A DNA stretch of 64,000 nt, from NCBI RefSeq assembly GCF_964213995.1, contig NW_027590164.1:744001-808000 (forward strand), in the 5' to 3' direction. Source of the DNA: Mustelus asterias (lineage: Eukaryota). The notes beneath the pieces were generated by a model. That model was given only the letters and a program-made list of their open reading frames with translations, did not search any database and was not told the DNA's origin. Shown here piece by piece: positions 35,410 to 48,397 of this stretch (the first letter of the stretch is position 1; every line of letters starts with the position of its first letter). The position numbers were made by a program, and so were the translations under genes.

Positions 35410-35738
35410 TCAGTGACTGGATTTTACTGTAAATCACATCCAGGAATGAATTATGTTCATTGACGTCCATTTTTTTAAACTGGTGAAGTGAGTGGTAATT
35501 ACAAAAGGAGACAGAATGGCTGTGTGAATTTAAACTGAGGATTTTTTTATGCATTTGTGGGACATGGGCGTCACTGCATGGCCAGCATTTATTGCCCATC
35601 CCCAGTTACCATCGAACTGAGTGGCTCACTGGGCCATTTCAGAGGGCAGTTGACAGTCAACCACATTGCTATGGCTCTGGAGTCACATGTAGGCCAGACA
35701 GGTAAGGACAGCAGATTTCCTTCCCCAAACGGACATTC

Positions 35739-36998
35739 AGGTCGTGCCTTACAAATTTGGTGGAGTTTTTTGAGGAAGTGACAAAAACGGTTGATGAAGG
35801 AAGGGCCGTGGATGTCGTCTATATGGATTTCAGTAAGGCATTTGACAAAGTCCCACATGGCAGGTTGGTTAAGAAGGTTAAGGCTCATGGGATACAAGGA
35901 GAAGTGGCTAGATGGGTGGAGAACTGGCTTGGCCATAGGAGACAGAGGGTAGTGGTCAAAGGGTCTTTTTCCGGCTGGAGGTCTGTGACCAGTGGTGTTC
36001 CGCAGGGCTCTGTACTGGGACCTCTGCTATTTGTGATATATATAAATGATTTGGAAGAAGGTGTAACTGGTGTAATCAGCAAGTTTGCGGATGACACGAA
36101 GATGGCTGGAATTGCGGATAGCGAAGAGCATTGTCGGGCAATACAGCAGGATATAGATAGGCTGGAAAATTGGGCGGAGAGGTGGCAGATGGAATTTAAT
36201 CCGGATAAATGCGAAGTGATGCATTTTGGAAGAAATAATGTAGGGAGGAGTTATACAATAAATGGCAGAGTCATCAGGAGTATAGAAACACAGAGGGACC
36301 TAGGTGTGCAAGTCCACAAATCCTTGAAGGTGGCAACACAGGTGGAGAAGGTGGTGAAGAAGGCATATGGTATGCTTGCCTTTATAGGACGGGGTATAGA
36401 GTATAAAAGCTGGAGTCTGATGATGCAGCTGTATAGAACGCTGGTTAGGCCACATTTGGAGTACTGCGTCCAGTTCTGGTCGCCGCACTACCAGAAGGAC
36501 GTGGAGGCATTGGAGAGAGTGCAGAGAAGGTTTACCAGGATGTTGCCTGGTATGGAGGGTCTTAGCTATGAGGAGAGATTGGGTAGACTGGGGTTGTTCT
36601 CCTTGGAAAGACGGAGAATGAGGGGAGATCTAATAGAGGTATACAAGATTATGAAGGGTATAGATAGGGTGAACAGTGGGAAGCTTTTTCCCAGATCAGA
36701 AGCTTTTTCCCAGGTCGGAGGTGACGATCACGAGGGGTCACGGGCTCAAGCTGAGAGGGGCGAAGTATAACTCAGACATCAGAGGACGTTTTTTACACAG
36801 AGGGTGGTGGGGGCCTGGAATGCGCTGCCAAGTAGGGTGGTGGAGGCAGGCACGCTGACATCGTTTAAGACTTACTTGGATAGTCACATGAGCAGCCTGG
36901 GAATGGAGGGATACAAACGATTGGTCTAGTTGGACCAAGGAGCGGCACAGGCTTGGAGGGCCGAAGGGCCTGTTTCCTGTGCTGTACTGTTCTTTGTT
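35739..36998 (+). mobile_element. CR1 RT and 3' fragment
   Basis: ORF 35757-36770; short tandem duplication GAAGCTTTTTCCCAG; tail. Confidence 0.94.
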
Positions 36999-37000
36999 CA

Positions 37001-37275
37001 TGGGGTGGCACAGTGGTTAACACTGTTGCCTCACAGCGCCAGGGACCCGGGTTCAATTCCCAGCTTGGGTCACTGTCTGTGTTGAGTTTGCATGTTCTCT
37101 GCATGTCTGCGTGGGTTTCCTCCGGGTGCTCCGGTTTCCTCCCACAGTCTGAAAGACATGCTGGTCCGGTACATTGACTCGAACAAATGCCGGAGTGTGG
37201 CAACCAGGGGAATTTCACAGTAACCTCACTGCACTGTTAATATAAGCCTACTTGTGACTAATAAATAAACTTTAC
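37001..37275 (+). mobile_element. V-domain SINE, alternative tail
   Basis: Head, V core, tail ending AATAAATAAAC. Confidence 0.87.
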
Positions 37276-37392
37276 TTTTTGCTTTACTGAACCAAATGGT
37301 TTTTTTCTGACAATTGACAATGGTTTCATGGTCAGCAGTAGATTCTTAATTCTGATTTTTTTTATTGAATTCAATTATTTTTATTGAATTAA

Positions 37393-37640
37393 ATGTACGA
37401 GGCAAGTTTTTTTTTTACAAAGAGTGGCAGGTGCCTGGAACTCGCTGCCGGGGGAGGTAGTGGAAGCAGATATGATAGTGACTTTTAAGGGACACCTGGA
37501 CAAATGCATGAATAAAATGGGAATAGAGGGATATGGTCCCCGGAGGCCTTTTTAGTTCAGACGGGCAGCATAATCAGTGCAGGCTTGGAGGGCCAAGAGC
37601 CTGTTCCTGTGCTATAATTTTCTTTTTTCTTGTTCTTTGT
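37393..37640 (+). mobile_element. CR1 3' end
   Basis: Matches 3794-4031. Confidence 0.8.
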
Positions 37641-38569
37641 TCAAATTACACCACTTGCTGTGGTGGGATTTGAACCCGGTCCCCAGAACATTAGCTGAGT
37701 TTATGGATTAAGTCCAGGGATAATACCATTGGGCCATCACCTCCCATCTGGAACAAAACTGTTTTCACTACTAAGGCTCCGCTGTGATGTAATAGTCTCT
37801 ATGACATCATCGCAGCAGGACTGGATGATATCATCAGAGTCCATTGTTTCTGAATGATCCACATCAATAATAACAGGAAATACTCATCAAGCTGAGCACA
37901 TTATCTAGGCTGACACTGCAGTCTGACATTGAGGGACTGCTGCACTCTGACTCATAGTGTCCTTCACATGGAGCTTGTGGAGGCTCTGGCCACAATCTTC
38001 CAATCCTTCTCATAGAGTTGTGGTGACAAAGGACAGAGAATGTAAATGTTACATCCCTGTTCAAAAACACAGCAATTACAGAACAATCAGCTTAACATCA
38101 GCGTTGGGGAAAAGCCAATAATCTGGGACACAATCAACTGACACTTGGAAAAGGATGGATTATAATTTTCAGTATTTTCTGTTTTTAAATACTGAAAACT
38201 TCCCTCGATCTCAAGGCTGGGAGAGACATTCTGGAAGGTATAGGGAGCTGGGACTTGTCCATGATAAGAAACAATACTTTTCATTTTATGCTAATACTTG
38301 TGACAATAATAAATCAAATTTTTAAAAAATGAGTGTAACTGAAGGTCTGAGACTGAAATAATCTGGAGTTAAAAGGAGAAAAGAACCAAAAAACAGAAGT
38401 CAGTAACAGGACATCAATTAATCTCTTATCCTGGAGAAATCAAGGATTTAACACACCGTGTGTTTGAAACAAAGCTGATTTATTTAACAGATTTCAGAAT
38501 ATTAAATTCCAAGTCAGTTAGAGATTAACATCAGAAGAAATAAATGTTAACTGTCTGATTGAAGATGGT

Positions 38570-38935
38570 CGAGAGGAGATTGATACAGGTATTCAAGATC
38601 CTGAGGAGTTGGGCAGGTGAAATAGTGAGAAAATGTTCCCACCAAGAGAACATCAAGAACTAGAGGGCACAGACCTACATTAATGGGGAAAACAGAGTTA
38701 AACTGATGTGAGGAAAATTATTTTCACCTCGTGAGTGGTTGGAGTCTGGAATAAACTTCCTGTGAAGGCAGTGGAGGCAGGTTTGATCAAGGTACTCAAA
38801 AGAGAATTGGATTGTTATCTGAAAAGAAAAAGTGTGCAAGGTTACAGGGGTATGGCAGGGGAATGGGATAAGGCTCTTTCAGTGAGCCAGTGCAGACTTG
38901 ATGGGCTGAATGGCCTCTTTCTGTACTGTGAAGAA
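38570..38935 (+). mobile_element. Old CR1 3' fragment
   Basis: VVGVWNKLP translation; GATGGGCTGAATGGCCTC tail. Confidence 0.7.
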
Positions 38936-39159
38936 TCTGTGACGAGAGTTCCTGAATGATGGGGAAAGATCACAGACAGCGGTTCTTAAAGGGAAACTGC
39001 AACCCCAAAAACACAATCTGCTCTCGATCGAGAATATTAACCTGCAGCCCACCTAAAGGGATTATTAACATCAGCAGAAACAAACCTCAAATGTCAATGA
39101 ATGTGGCTCACTCCTGGATGATTAACAGCAGCAAGTACAGCAGAATCCACTCCCTGCAC

Positions 39160-39693
39160 TCACTCGTGAAGTCGCTGATGTGTCACCAGGTGGGAGGAGG
39201 TAGTGAATCCCTTCCCACACTCTGAGCAGGTGAATGGTCTCTCCCCAGTGTGAAGTCGCTGATGTGCTTTGAGGCTGGATGAATGTCTGAAGCTCTTTCC
39301 ACAGTCAGTGCAGCTGAACGGCCTCTCCTCAGTGTGAACTCGCTGGTGTGTCACGAGGTTGGATGAATTAATGAATCGCTTCCCACACACGGAGCAGGTG
39401 AACGGCCTCTCTCCGGTGTGAACTCTCCTGTGTAACTGTAGGTTATACATCTGGACGAATCCCTTCCCACACACAGAGCAAGTGTACGGTCTCTCTCCAG
39501 TGTGAACTCGCTGGTGTAATGTTAGGCAGGATGATTGAGTAAATTCCTTCCAACACACGGGGCAGGTGAAGGGTCTCTCCCCAGTGTGGGTGCGTCGATG
39601 CGTTTCCAGTTTGGATGGGCAAGTGAATGCTTTCCCACAGTCCCCACATATCCACGGTTTCTCTATGATGTCAGTATCATGATGTTTCTCCAT
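39160..39693 (-). CDS. Tandem C2H2 zinc-finger protein, 6 fingers
   Basis: Open 177-aa ORF; family leader 39694-40006 and acceptor near 40007. Confidence 0.85.
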   Translation of the reverse strand: MEKHHDTDIIEKPWICGDCGKAFTCPSKLETHRRTHTGERPFTCPVCWKEFTQSSCLTLHQRVHTGERPYTCSVCGKGFVQMYNLQLHRRVHTGERPFTCSVCGKRFINSSNLVTHQRVHTEERPFSCTDCGKSFRHSSSLKAHQRLHTGERPFTCSECGKGFTTSSHLVTHQRLHE

Positions 39694-40159
39694 ATTGGGT
39701 GATTAGTTGAAGCCACGTCTACACATAGAACACGTGCACAGATTCACATTGCTGTGAATGGTGTGATGTTTTTTCAGGCTGTGAAACTGGTTAAAGCTCT
39801 TTCCACAGTCAGCTCACTGGAAAATTCTCACTTGGGTGTGTGTGTGTCTCGGTGCTTTTCCAGTCACACTGATGTTTGAAATCTTTTCCCGCACTCCACA
39901 TTCAAAGGCTGATGGTGTTCAGGTGCTGGTGAATTGAGCAACTGTTAAATCTTGGCGTGAAACCTGATTCCATTTTGCTGACTGTAAATTTTCCCCTTCA
40001 AATATCCTGCAAAAGGAGTTTACAAAACTACTGTCAGTCCAGGATAGAATTTTGATCAGACAAGTCTAATTTCTAAGGAACAACTTTTCTGCTCTGGTTC
40101 CCCAAAACAGTAAATCTATGTCTCCCTCCTCCCTGAGCTCTCCCTCCTCCCTGAGCTGA

Positions 40160-40488
40160 GGGCGGCACGGTGGGACAGTGGTTAGCACTGCTGACTCACA
40201 GCACCAGGAACCCAAGTTTGATTCCCAGCTTGGTTCACTGTCTGTGTGGAGTTTGCAGGTTCTCCCTGTTTCTGCATTAGTTTCCTCCGGGTGCTCCAGT
40301 TTCCTCCCACAGTCCAAACAGGTGTGGATTAAGTAGATTGGCAATGCTAAATTAACCCTGAGTGTTGGGGGGGAGGGGGTCTAGCTAGGGTAAATGCATG
40401 GGGTAACGGTGATAGGGCCTGGGTGGGATTGTGGTCAATGCAGATTCGATGGACCCAATGGCCTCCTTCTGCACTGTAGGATTCTATG
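40160..40488 (+). mobile_element. HE1-type SINE
   Basis: Head, V core, tail. Confidence 0.88.
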
Positions 40489-40679
40489 AGATCCAAATGA
40501 AATGTTGCATTTTTTCATGCATCCTTACAACTAATTTATACAAATCACTCCAAGGCCTGTTCCTCCCCATCTCTGGAATCACCTCTCGTACTGCTCTGAT
40601 TCTGGCTTCCTACACATTCCATTTTTTAATCACTCCACCATTAGTGACTGGACTTTCACTGCACAAGGATGAGTTCTCA

Positions 40680-40979
40680 AAGAATTCCTACCATGCAGAA
40701 GGAAACCATTTGGCCCATCAAGTCTGGACCAACTCTGAATATTTTACCCCTGATCTATACCTCTAACCCACCTTACCTGCACATCTTTGTACATGAAGGG
40801 GCAATATAGCATGGCCAATTCCCCTAAGCATCACATCTTTGGACGGTGGGAGAAAACCAGAGCATCCAGAGGAAACACACACAGTCACAGGGATAACATG
40901 CAAACTCTGCACAGACAGTGACCCAAGGCTGGAATTGAACCTGAGTCCCTGGAGCTGTGAGGCAGCAGTGCTAACCACC
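40680..40979 (-). mobile_element. HE1-type SINE, diverged
   Basis: Head and V core on minus strand. Confidence 0.82.
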
Positions 40980-41119
40980 CTGATATTAATGGTGTTATTA
41001 TAAATAGAAGTTGTTGTTGGCTGTAACCCTAACTTCCGGTTTTACAACAACACATTGATTTCATAACAAACTATCTCTGATTTTTTTGTCTCCAGTGGGT
41101 TATTCAATTGGTTTCACCC

Positions 41120-42390
41120 TCAAGAACTATGGCGGATGCGCATGCGCTTTGCAGTACGTGGATCCCTATAAAGATGGCGGATGTGAACTCGGGTCTGAAC
41201 CTTCGGAAGGCCCAAGGAATTTGCTTCGCAAATTGAGGGTTTGTGGCCGACACCGGGTGTTTATAAAGCCTCACCATCCACCCGCCAACTCCATTTATGT
41301 TTCCGGTTTTATTTCGGGCTCTGGATCTTTGTAAAAATCTCCATTTAAAACCCGCCCGCTCGAGCTCCTTACCGTCTGCCGCAGGCACTGCGCATGCTCC
41401 AGCTCCCAAACCAGGATGGGGCCGTTAACCTGGGCCTGTTCTCGGGAGGGAGGGAGGGAGGGAGAAGCCCCGCAGCTGCAAACCAGGGAGCTGACAATGA
41501 TTCTGAAGGGTTTCCGGATCCACAAAGTGTTTCCAAATCCTCCCAGCCACCGCCTAACGCTGACTCCGCTTCTCCGGGACAAACAAGCGCCAAGGACAGC
41601 AATGACACTGCGCATGCGACACATCACTTTGCCCGGGGACTGATTGACGGCAGCTCCGGACCAATAGGAAGAGGGGGCGGGGCTGGGGGACGGACCAGAA
41701 GCGGTTGATCCTCCAACCAATCGGAGTGAATGAGGGGCGGGCCCAGGCTGGGAGTGGAGCATGCGCAAAGATGATAAGGCGTTGGGGAGCCTGGAAACGC
41801 ACTGCACAGTAAGAAGTCACAACACCAGGTTCACATCTAACAGGTTTATTTGGAATCAGGAGCTTTCGGAGCTCCGCCCCTTCATCAGGTGACTCACCCA
41901 GTCCAACACCGGCATCTCCACATCAGGTGGTGTGGGTGCGCGCTCTGAGCATGCTCAGTGTCAGTCATGGTGTTGGGAAGGGTTCGGGAGGAGATTGTGA
42001 GCACAGGATAGGAATGGAAACAGCACCAACTTCTGGCCCAGGAAACAGGCCCTGGCTTTACCGCAGGGACTGCAGGTGGTTGGACATTAGGGAGGATTTG
42101 GAAACACTTTGTGGATCCGCAAACCCTTCAGAATCATTGTCAGCTCCCTGGTTTGCAGCTGCGGGGCTTCTCCCTCCCTCCCTCCCGGGAACAGGCCCAG
42201 GTTAACGGCCCCATCCTGGCTCAGCCACTGGAGGATGGTTCACATCAGAGGATGGGGCCAATAAATAAGAGGTTACACTTTGGCCTCAAATCAATGAGGA
42301 CTCTGATCTCTGGGAAGGAAACCCTGGGAGGTGGGCGGGGAGGATTCACAAACACCCGCTGGAGGCCCCAACACCCCCAATAAGACCCAT
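41120..42390. promoter_or_regulatory. Bidirectional promoter between ZNF 39693 (-) and ZNF 43568 (+)
   Basis: Core cassette 41607-41767; TGCGCATGCGC and AAGATGGCGG at 41137-41180; minus donor CG/GTAAGG near 41372; 130-bp inverted arms. Confidence 0.75.
41803..41925 (-). mobile_element. Short Penelope-like fragment with hammerhead core (41856-41892)
   Basis: Minus strand TCAC-CTGATGA-AGGGGC-GGA-GCTCC-GAAA-GCTC-CTGA; flanks match 3209-3300. Confidence 0.72.
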
Positions 42391-43567
42391 TGGTTTTATT
42401 GTCAGTCTGCAGACAGGAGCTGGAGAACTGAACCCAGACAAAGGAGAGGGAGGGAGAAAACTGGGAGTGGAGGAAAGTGAATTGTCTGTTCAGCATTTCT
42501 ATTGTAGATTGACACTGAAAGATGTTTGAAAACTGCTTTTACACATTATTACAAATTGACGATTTGCACACAGAAAACTCAACTCCAAGAGGAATGTTTG
42601 TCTCTCTGTGATTTCTATTCTGCATTGACTGATTATTTTTGTAAACAGAGATTACAGCTTTCAGGAAAGATTAAATGGATTGAAGTTTTTTCCTGTAGAG
42701 CAGTGACCTGATAAAAGTCTTTAAAATTATTCGTGGCTTGGACAGGGGAAAATGTGGAGAGAATGTTCCACTTGTGACAGAGTCTAAAAGAAGGAACGAT
42801 CAATAAACAAAGAGTCATAAATACAAGATAGTTACTAATAAATCCAAGAAGGCAATAAGGACAAATTTCTTCACTCACAGGTTTAGAATCACCATCGAAA
42901 TGAGTTGAGGAAAGTGCTGAGATTGTTTCAAAAGGAAATGAGAGAAGCACACGAGAGAAAAAGAAATAGAAAAATCAACTGAAAGGCTGAGATGAGGTCT
43001 ATGGGACAGGAGAAGATGTGTCAAGTATAAAGAGTTAAACTGAATGGCTTGTTTATGTCTTGTGTATTCAAAGTAATTCAATGTAAACTCCTTTTCCAGA
43101 ATATCTGCAGACGGGCGATTCAAACCAAACGTCTCGGGATCTGACAGTGTCACATGATTCTTCAGGATCTGAATATCAAAGGCCTAGGAATGTGGAAGGA
43201 GAAACGTTTGCCTATTTTGTTTTTGGGAAATTATTCAACATCAGTGTGTCTGGAAAAGCCCCGAGACACAGACATCTCAGTTATTTTTCCACAGTCAGCT
43301 GGAACGGAGCTTTAACCAGTCACACAGCATGAAAAGAAATAGCACATTTACATCAGGTAGACACCGTACTCGTGTTCTTTGTGTGGACCTGGTTTCAACT
43401 GATTATATAACCTGGAGAGACAGGAGGACACCTGCACCATGTGAACAAGGAGCAGCAATAGGCCATTCGGCCCCACGGGCCAGTTCCGCCATTTAATAAC
43501 ATCATGGCTGATCTGATAGTGAGCTCAAATCTGCATCCCGCCGACACCCGATAGCCTGTCAATAATC

Positions 43568-44703
43568 ATGGAGAAACCATGGAAATGTGGGACAGGATTC
43601 AATTACCCATCTGAATTGGAAACCCATCGACGTATTCACACTGGGGAGAGACCATTCACCTGCTGTGTGTGTGGGAAGGGATTCACTCAGTCATCCAGCC
43701 TGTACACACACCAGCATGTCCATACTGGTGAGAGGCCATTCATCTGTCTTCAATGTGGAAAGGGATTTAATGCTTTATCAAACCTCCGGACTCACCACCA
43801 GGTTCACTCTGATCAGAGACCTTTTAATGTTGTGAGTGTGGGAAGAGCTTTAAAAGCAGAAAGGATTTGTTGATTCACCAACGCACTCACACTGGGGAGA
43901 GGCCTTTCATCTGCTCCGTGTGTGGGAATGGATTCACTCAGTCATCCCACCTCCTGACACACCAAAGTGTTCACACTGATCAGAGACCATTTCAATGTTC
44001 TGACTGTGAGAAGAACTTTAAAAGTAAAAAGGATTTATTGATTCATCAGCACACTCACACTGGGGAGAGGCCGTTCATCTGCTCCGTGTGTGGGAAGGGA
44101 TTCACTTGTTCATCCCAGCTCCTGAAACATCGATTTGTTCACACTGATCAGAGACCTATCAATTGTTCTGAATGTGATAAAACATTTAAAAGCAAAAAGG
44201 ATCTTCTGAAACACCAGCACACTCACACTGGGGAGAGACCATTCATCTGCTCTCTCTGTGGGAAGGGATTCACTCGATTAGCTCACCTTCTGAGACACCA
44301 TCGAGTTCACACTGGGGAGAGGCCGTTCACCTGCCCTGTGTGTTGTCAGGAATTCATTGATGCATCTGACCTTCTGATACACCGGCGAGTTCACACTGGA
44401 GAGAGACCTTACACTTGCCTCCTGTGCGGCAAGAGATTCACTCAGTCATCCCACCTGACTACACACCAACTTGTTCACACTGACCAGAGACCTTTTGAGT
44501 GTTCTGATTGTGAGAAGAGATTTAAAAGTAAACAGAATCTGCTGAAACACCAGCGAGTTCACACTGGGGAAAGGCCGTTCAACTGCTCCATGTGTGGGAA
44601 GGGATTCGCTCAGTCAAACAACCTGCTGAAACAGCAAGTTCACAGGCAACAGCAAGGGTTGGATTCTGCTGTTATTGCTGCTGTTCATCACACCCAGGAC
44701 TGA
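43568..44703 (+). pseudogene. C2H2 zinc-finger gene with one frameshift (about 13 finger units)
   Basis: ORFs 43568-43873 and 43867-44703 join if one A is restored at CCTTTTAA(A)TGT near 43827; first finger shortened; may be a sequencing error. Confidence 0.75.
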
Positions 44704-44754
44704 ATGATGCCAAGATGCCTGTTTCCAGCGGTGTTCACAGTTTTCTGGTATGTG

Positions 44755-45200
44755 TCAATAATTTTGGCTCAACTGTGTGGAAAATGATTGCTAAGTTTGC
44801 ATCTGATACAAAAGTTGCTCCCATGGTTGACGATGAGGAATAAAGCTGTGGACAGCAGGAAGATATTAATGGACTGGGGGGTTCGTCAACACAAAAATAG
44901 CAAATAGAATTCAATCTGGATCAATGAGAGATTGAATTTGGGAGAGTAAATAAGACAAGGGGATGAACAATACATGGGATGATGTTGAGAATTATAGAGG
45001 AACAGAGGGACTTTGGAGTGCATATCCACTGATCCCTGAAGATGGCTGCACATGTAGATCAGATGGTCAAGGAGGCATTTGGGACACTTTCCTGTCTGAG
45101 GCCTGGAATATAAGAGCAGGGAGATTACGTTAGAACTGATAAAAGACGAGTTAGAACACAGCTAGAATACTGAGCACAGTTCTGGTCACTGCATTATCCA
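44755..45200 (+). mobile_element. Old CR1 RT fragment
   Basis: Decayed KFA.DTK, EEQRD, FWS coding sequence. Confidence 0.7.
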
Positions 45201-45974
45201 ACTATAAAGTGATACATGATTCATTAATTTGTATAAAACTGATAATTTATCATATAATTGCAGATAATGTTTAATTCATCAAATTTAGGAGATAAATAAT
45301 TATAAGGTGACTTCAGGAAAATGGAAAAGGCTGATTAGTGACCAGCTGAAGAATCTTTATTTATTTTAATCTTGAGTTTACTTTTCATAGAATCCCTACA
45401 GTGCAGAAGGAGGCCATTCAGCCCATCGAGTCTGCACTGACTCTCAGACAGTGTCTCTAGAGGAGTTGGATTCTGCTTTTGTTGCTGCTGTTGATCATAT
45501 TTAGGATTGAATCATATTAATTCTGGCTTTTATTTTGCTGATGTTAACTCCTGTAATGTGGCTGGAGTTTAATATTTTAATGCATCAAATAAATCAGCTT
45601 TGTTTCAAACAGACAGCGTTTCGTGTGGTTCATCTCTAAGATGTCATGAACATTTTCCCTTAAATCGGCTCTGGAAATGTATTTAACAGAAGATCAACAA
45701 TTAAATACATCGCATCAAATAATTGGGAAAAATCCACTGAGGGCATTCATTTCTCAATTAATTCTGTTCTGGAATGTTCTGCCTGAAAGGGGATGGAAGC
45801 AGATTCAGATGCATCTTTCTGAAGTGAATTGGATCTCCAGTTGAAGGTAAAGTTAGCAGGGCTCTGGGGAAAGGGGAGGGGAGTGGGGCGGATGGGCAGC
45901 TCTTTCAAATGTGACAGCCCCATAAGGCAGCTGTATATTGACAGGAGAAAGGCTGATGTCCAAATACCCGAGAA

Positions 45975-47160
45975 TAACAAGGAAGTTGTGATGAACCAAA
46001 ATAAAACATAGGTTCAGCTTCAACTGGAGCATTGTGGCCAACTCCGGATCGATCGCTATAGAAGGAGGTGAAGACATTGTAGAGGATGCAGGAAAAAATC
46101 ATGAGACTGGTTCCAGGGATGAGAAACTTCAGTTATGAAGGTCGATTGGCAAAGCTGGGGCTGATCTCTCGAGAGAAGAGGAGGTTCGATAGAAATATTC
46201 AAAATCAAGAGGGATTTGGACAGAGTAGATCGGAAGAAACTATTCTGATTAACAAAAAGGTTAAGAAGCAGAGGACACAGATTAAAGGTGATTTGTGAAA
46301 TAAGCAATGGTGATTTGAGGAAATCCCGTTTCCAGAGTGAGTGGTTAGAACCCGGCGTGCACTGACCCAGTGTGGGGAGGAGGAAGGTTCAAACAAGATT
46401 TCAAAACACAACTCAATAATTATCTGAAGAGAAAAAAAAATGTTCAGGGTTACGAGAGAAAGACTGTGTACTGACCGAGGGAGAGGCCGGGAGTGACCGA
46501 GGGAGAGGCCAGGGAGGGATGGAGGGAGAGGCCAGGAGGGATGGAGGGAGAGGCCAGGGAGGGATCGAGGGAGAGGCCAGGGAGGGATCGAGGGAGAGGC
46601 CAGGGAGGGATCGAGGGAGAGGCCAGGGAGGGATCGAGGGAGAGGCCAGGGAGGGATCGAGGGAGAGGCCGGGGAGGGAGCGAGGGAAAGGACGGGAGTG
46701 ACCGAGGGAGAGGCCGGGAGTGACCGAGGGAGAGGCCGGGGAGTGACCGAAGGAGAGGCCGGGGAGTGACCGAGGGAGAGGCCAGGGAGGGATGGAGGGA
46801 GAGGCCAGGGAGGGATCGAGGGAGAGGCCAGGGAGGGATCGAGGGAGAGGCCAGGGAGGGATCGAGGGAGAGGCCGGGGAGGGAGCGAGGGAAAGGACGG
46901 GAGTGACCGAGGGTGAGGCCGGGAGTGACCGAGGGAGAAGCCGGGGAGTGACCGAGGGAGAGGCCGGGGAGTGACGAGGGAGAGGCCGGGGAGTAACGAG
47001 GGAGAGGCCGGGGAGTAACGAGGGAGAGGCCGGGGAGTAACGAGGGAGAGGCCGGGGAGTAACGAGGGAGAGGCCGGGGAGTGGGACTGGGTGTGTCACT
47101 CTCTCAGAAAGCTGGTGTGGGTGTGAACACGATGGGCTGAATGACCTCTTTATTTGCTGT
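45975..47160 (+). mobile_element. Old CR1 3' fragment carrying the purine minisatellite
   Basis: RMQ...RLVPGMRNFSYEGRLAKLGL; tail resumes at 47083. Confidence 0.65.
46472..47082. repeat. Purine-rich 21-23 bp minisatellite, roughly 27 units
   Basis: GAGGGAGAGGCCAGGGAGGGATC and GAGGGAGAGGCCGGGGAGTAAC variants. Confidence 0.95.
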
Positions 47161-47432
47161 CATCGTTCTATAATTGTAGTGAAGGCTCTGAGGAAAAGGG
47201 ACTAACTGGCAGCTCCTTCAGAGATGATCCTGGCCCTGCAATGCAGCTGTACATTGACAGGACACAGTCACAGTGGTCATGCTGAGTATATCCCTCATCA
47301 AGGAGACCACTGTGGAATTCTGCAGCCTCTCTATTTAAATAAAATGCTGATTTTCTATTCTTCCCAACAATGCGGATAACCTTTTTCCACAAATTATACT
47401 TTATCATTCCCACATTCCCATTTACTTACCCT

Positions 47433-47625
47433 ATAGTGTGATGTATTTTCAGGCTGTGTAACTGGTTAAAGCTCTTTCCACACTCAGTTCACTGGAACAC
47501 TCTCACTCGGGTGTGTGTGTATCTCGGTGCTTTTCCAGTCACAATTATATCTGAAATCTTTCCCCATGGACAGAATAGACATAACGTTGCTCCTTCCACA
47601 TTCAAAGGCCAGTGATGTTCAGGGC
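47433..47625 (-). pseudogene. Isolated fragment of the ZNF family leader (fossil fingers)
   Basis: Reverse complement GTGACTGGAAAAGCACCGAGATACACACACCCGAGTGAGAGTGTTCCAGTGAACTGAGTGTGGAAAGAGC. Confidence 0.8.
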
Positions 47626-47957
47626 TGTTACGGGGTTTCTTTCAGAGACGAAGTATTGCCAAAACTTTAGTTAATACAAAGACTTGCGATACAGCATCCT
47701 GGTGAAAGGCATTTTTATTGACCAATGTGAGACAAAACACCTGGAAAATGTGTACAAGGAAGGCCCGAGGCAGGTGGATAATATCAGAATGTGGACCGGC
47801 CTCTCGATGGGACAGGCAGTGAGAGCAGCTGAGAAATCAGTGGAGAAAGACTGTTCAGAGTGCGGCCAATCCTCAGAATGAGGACGGATAAACGACAAGA
47901 CGCCTGTAGTGGTAGGAAAAAGACTATTTACTATCCAGGATAAAGTTAATGTACTCT

Positions 47958-48190
47958 ATAGAAACTAGGAGCAGGCCATTCGAGTCTGCTCCACCATTCA
48001 ATATGATCATGGCTGATCCTCGATCTCAATGCCATATTCTCCCTACACCGCTTGAAGCCATTAAAATCTAAAACAAAATCTATCTCTTCCTCGAACATAT
48101 TCAGTGACTTGGATTCCACAACCTTCTGTGGTGGAGAATTCCAGAAGTTCACTACCCTTTGAGTTCAGAATTTTTTCCTCATCTCAGTCT
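47958..48190 (-). mobile_element. CR1 3' end
   Basis: FWNSPPQKVVE translation; tail. Confidence 0.78.
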
Positions 48191-48397
48191 CATCTGACAC
48201 CTGCTTTTGTGGATCATTTCAGTGGAAATGTGCCCTCGCTCAAAGAGAATCAGCCACTGGAATGAAAATTGAGAGACCGGCCAGTCCAACAGCAAGAAAC
48301 CCTCTGATCCTCCCACTTCACCATCTGTCAGAATGAACATGTTTCAGTCCTGGATATGATTTACAGCAGCAATAACAGCAGAATCCAACCACTGTAA

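Larger units (their letters stand above)
35541..37745 (-). mobile_element. tRNA-derived SINE of a third family, fragmented by three insertions
   Basis: GGCCAGCATTTATTGCCCATCCC..GAGTCACATGTAGGCCAGAC..GGATTTGAACCC; other copies at 51722-52065, 54210-54458, 49590-49727. Confidence 0.65.

Noticed and set aside
46413-47099. Low-complexity ORFs (also 7972-8367 and 63280-63833)
   Set aside because: Stop-free translations of minisatellites
47626-47945. Possible LTR fragment starting TGTTAC (similar unassigned stretches at 54600-55030 and 58170-58500)
   Set aside because: Only a terminal motif; no second copy, PBS or ORF to support a call
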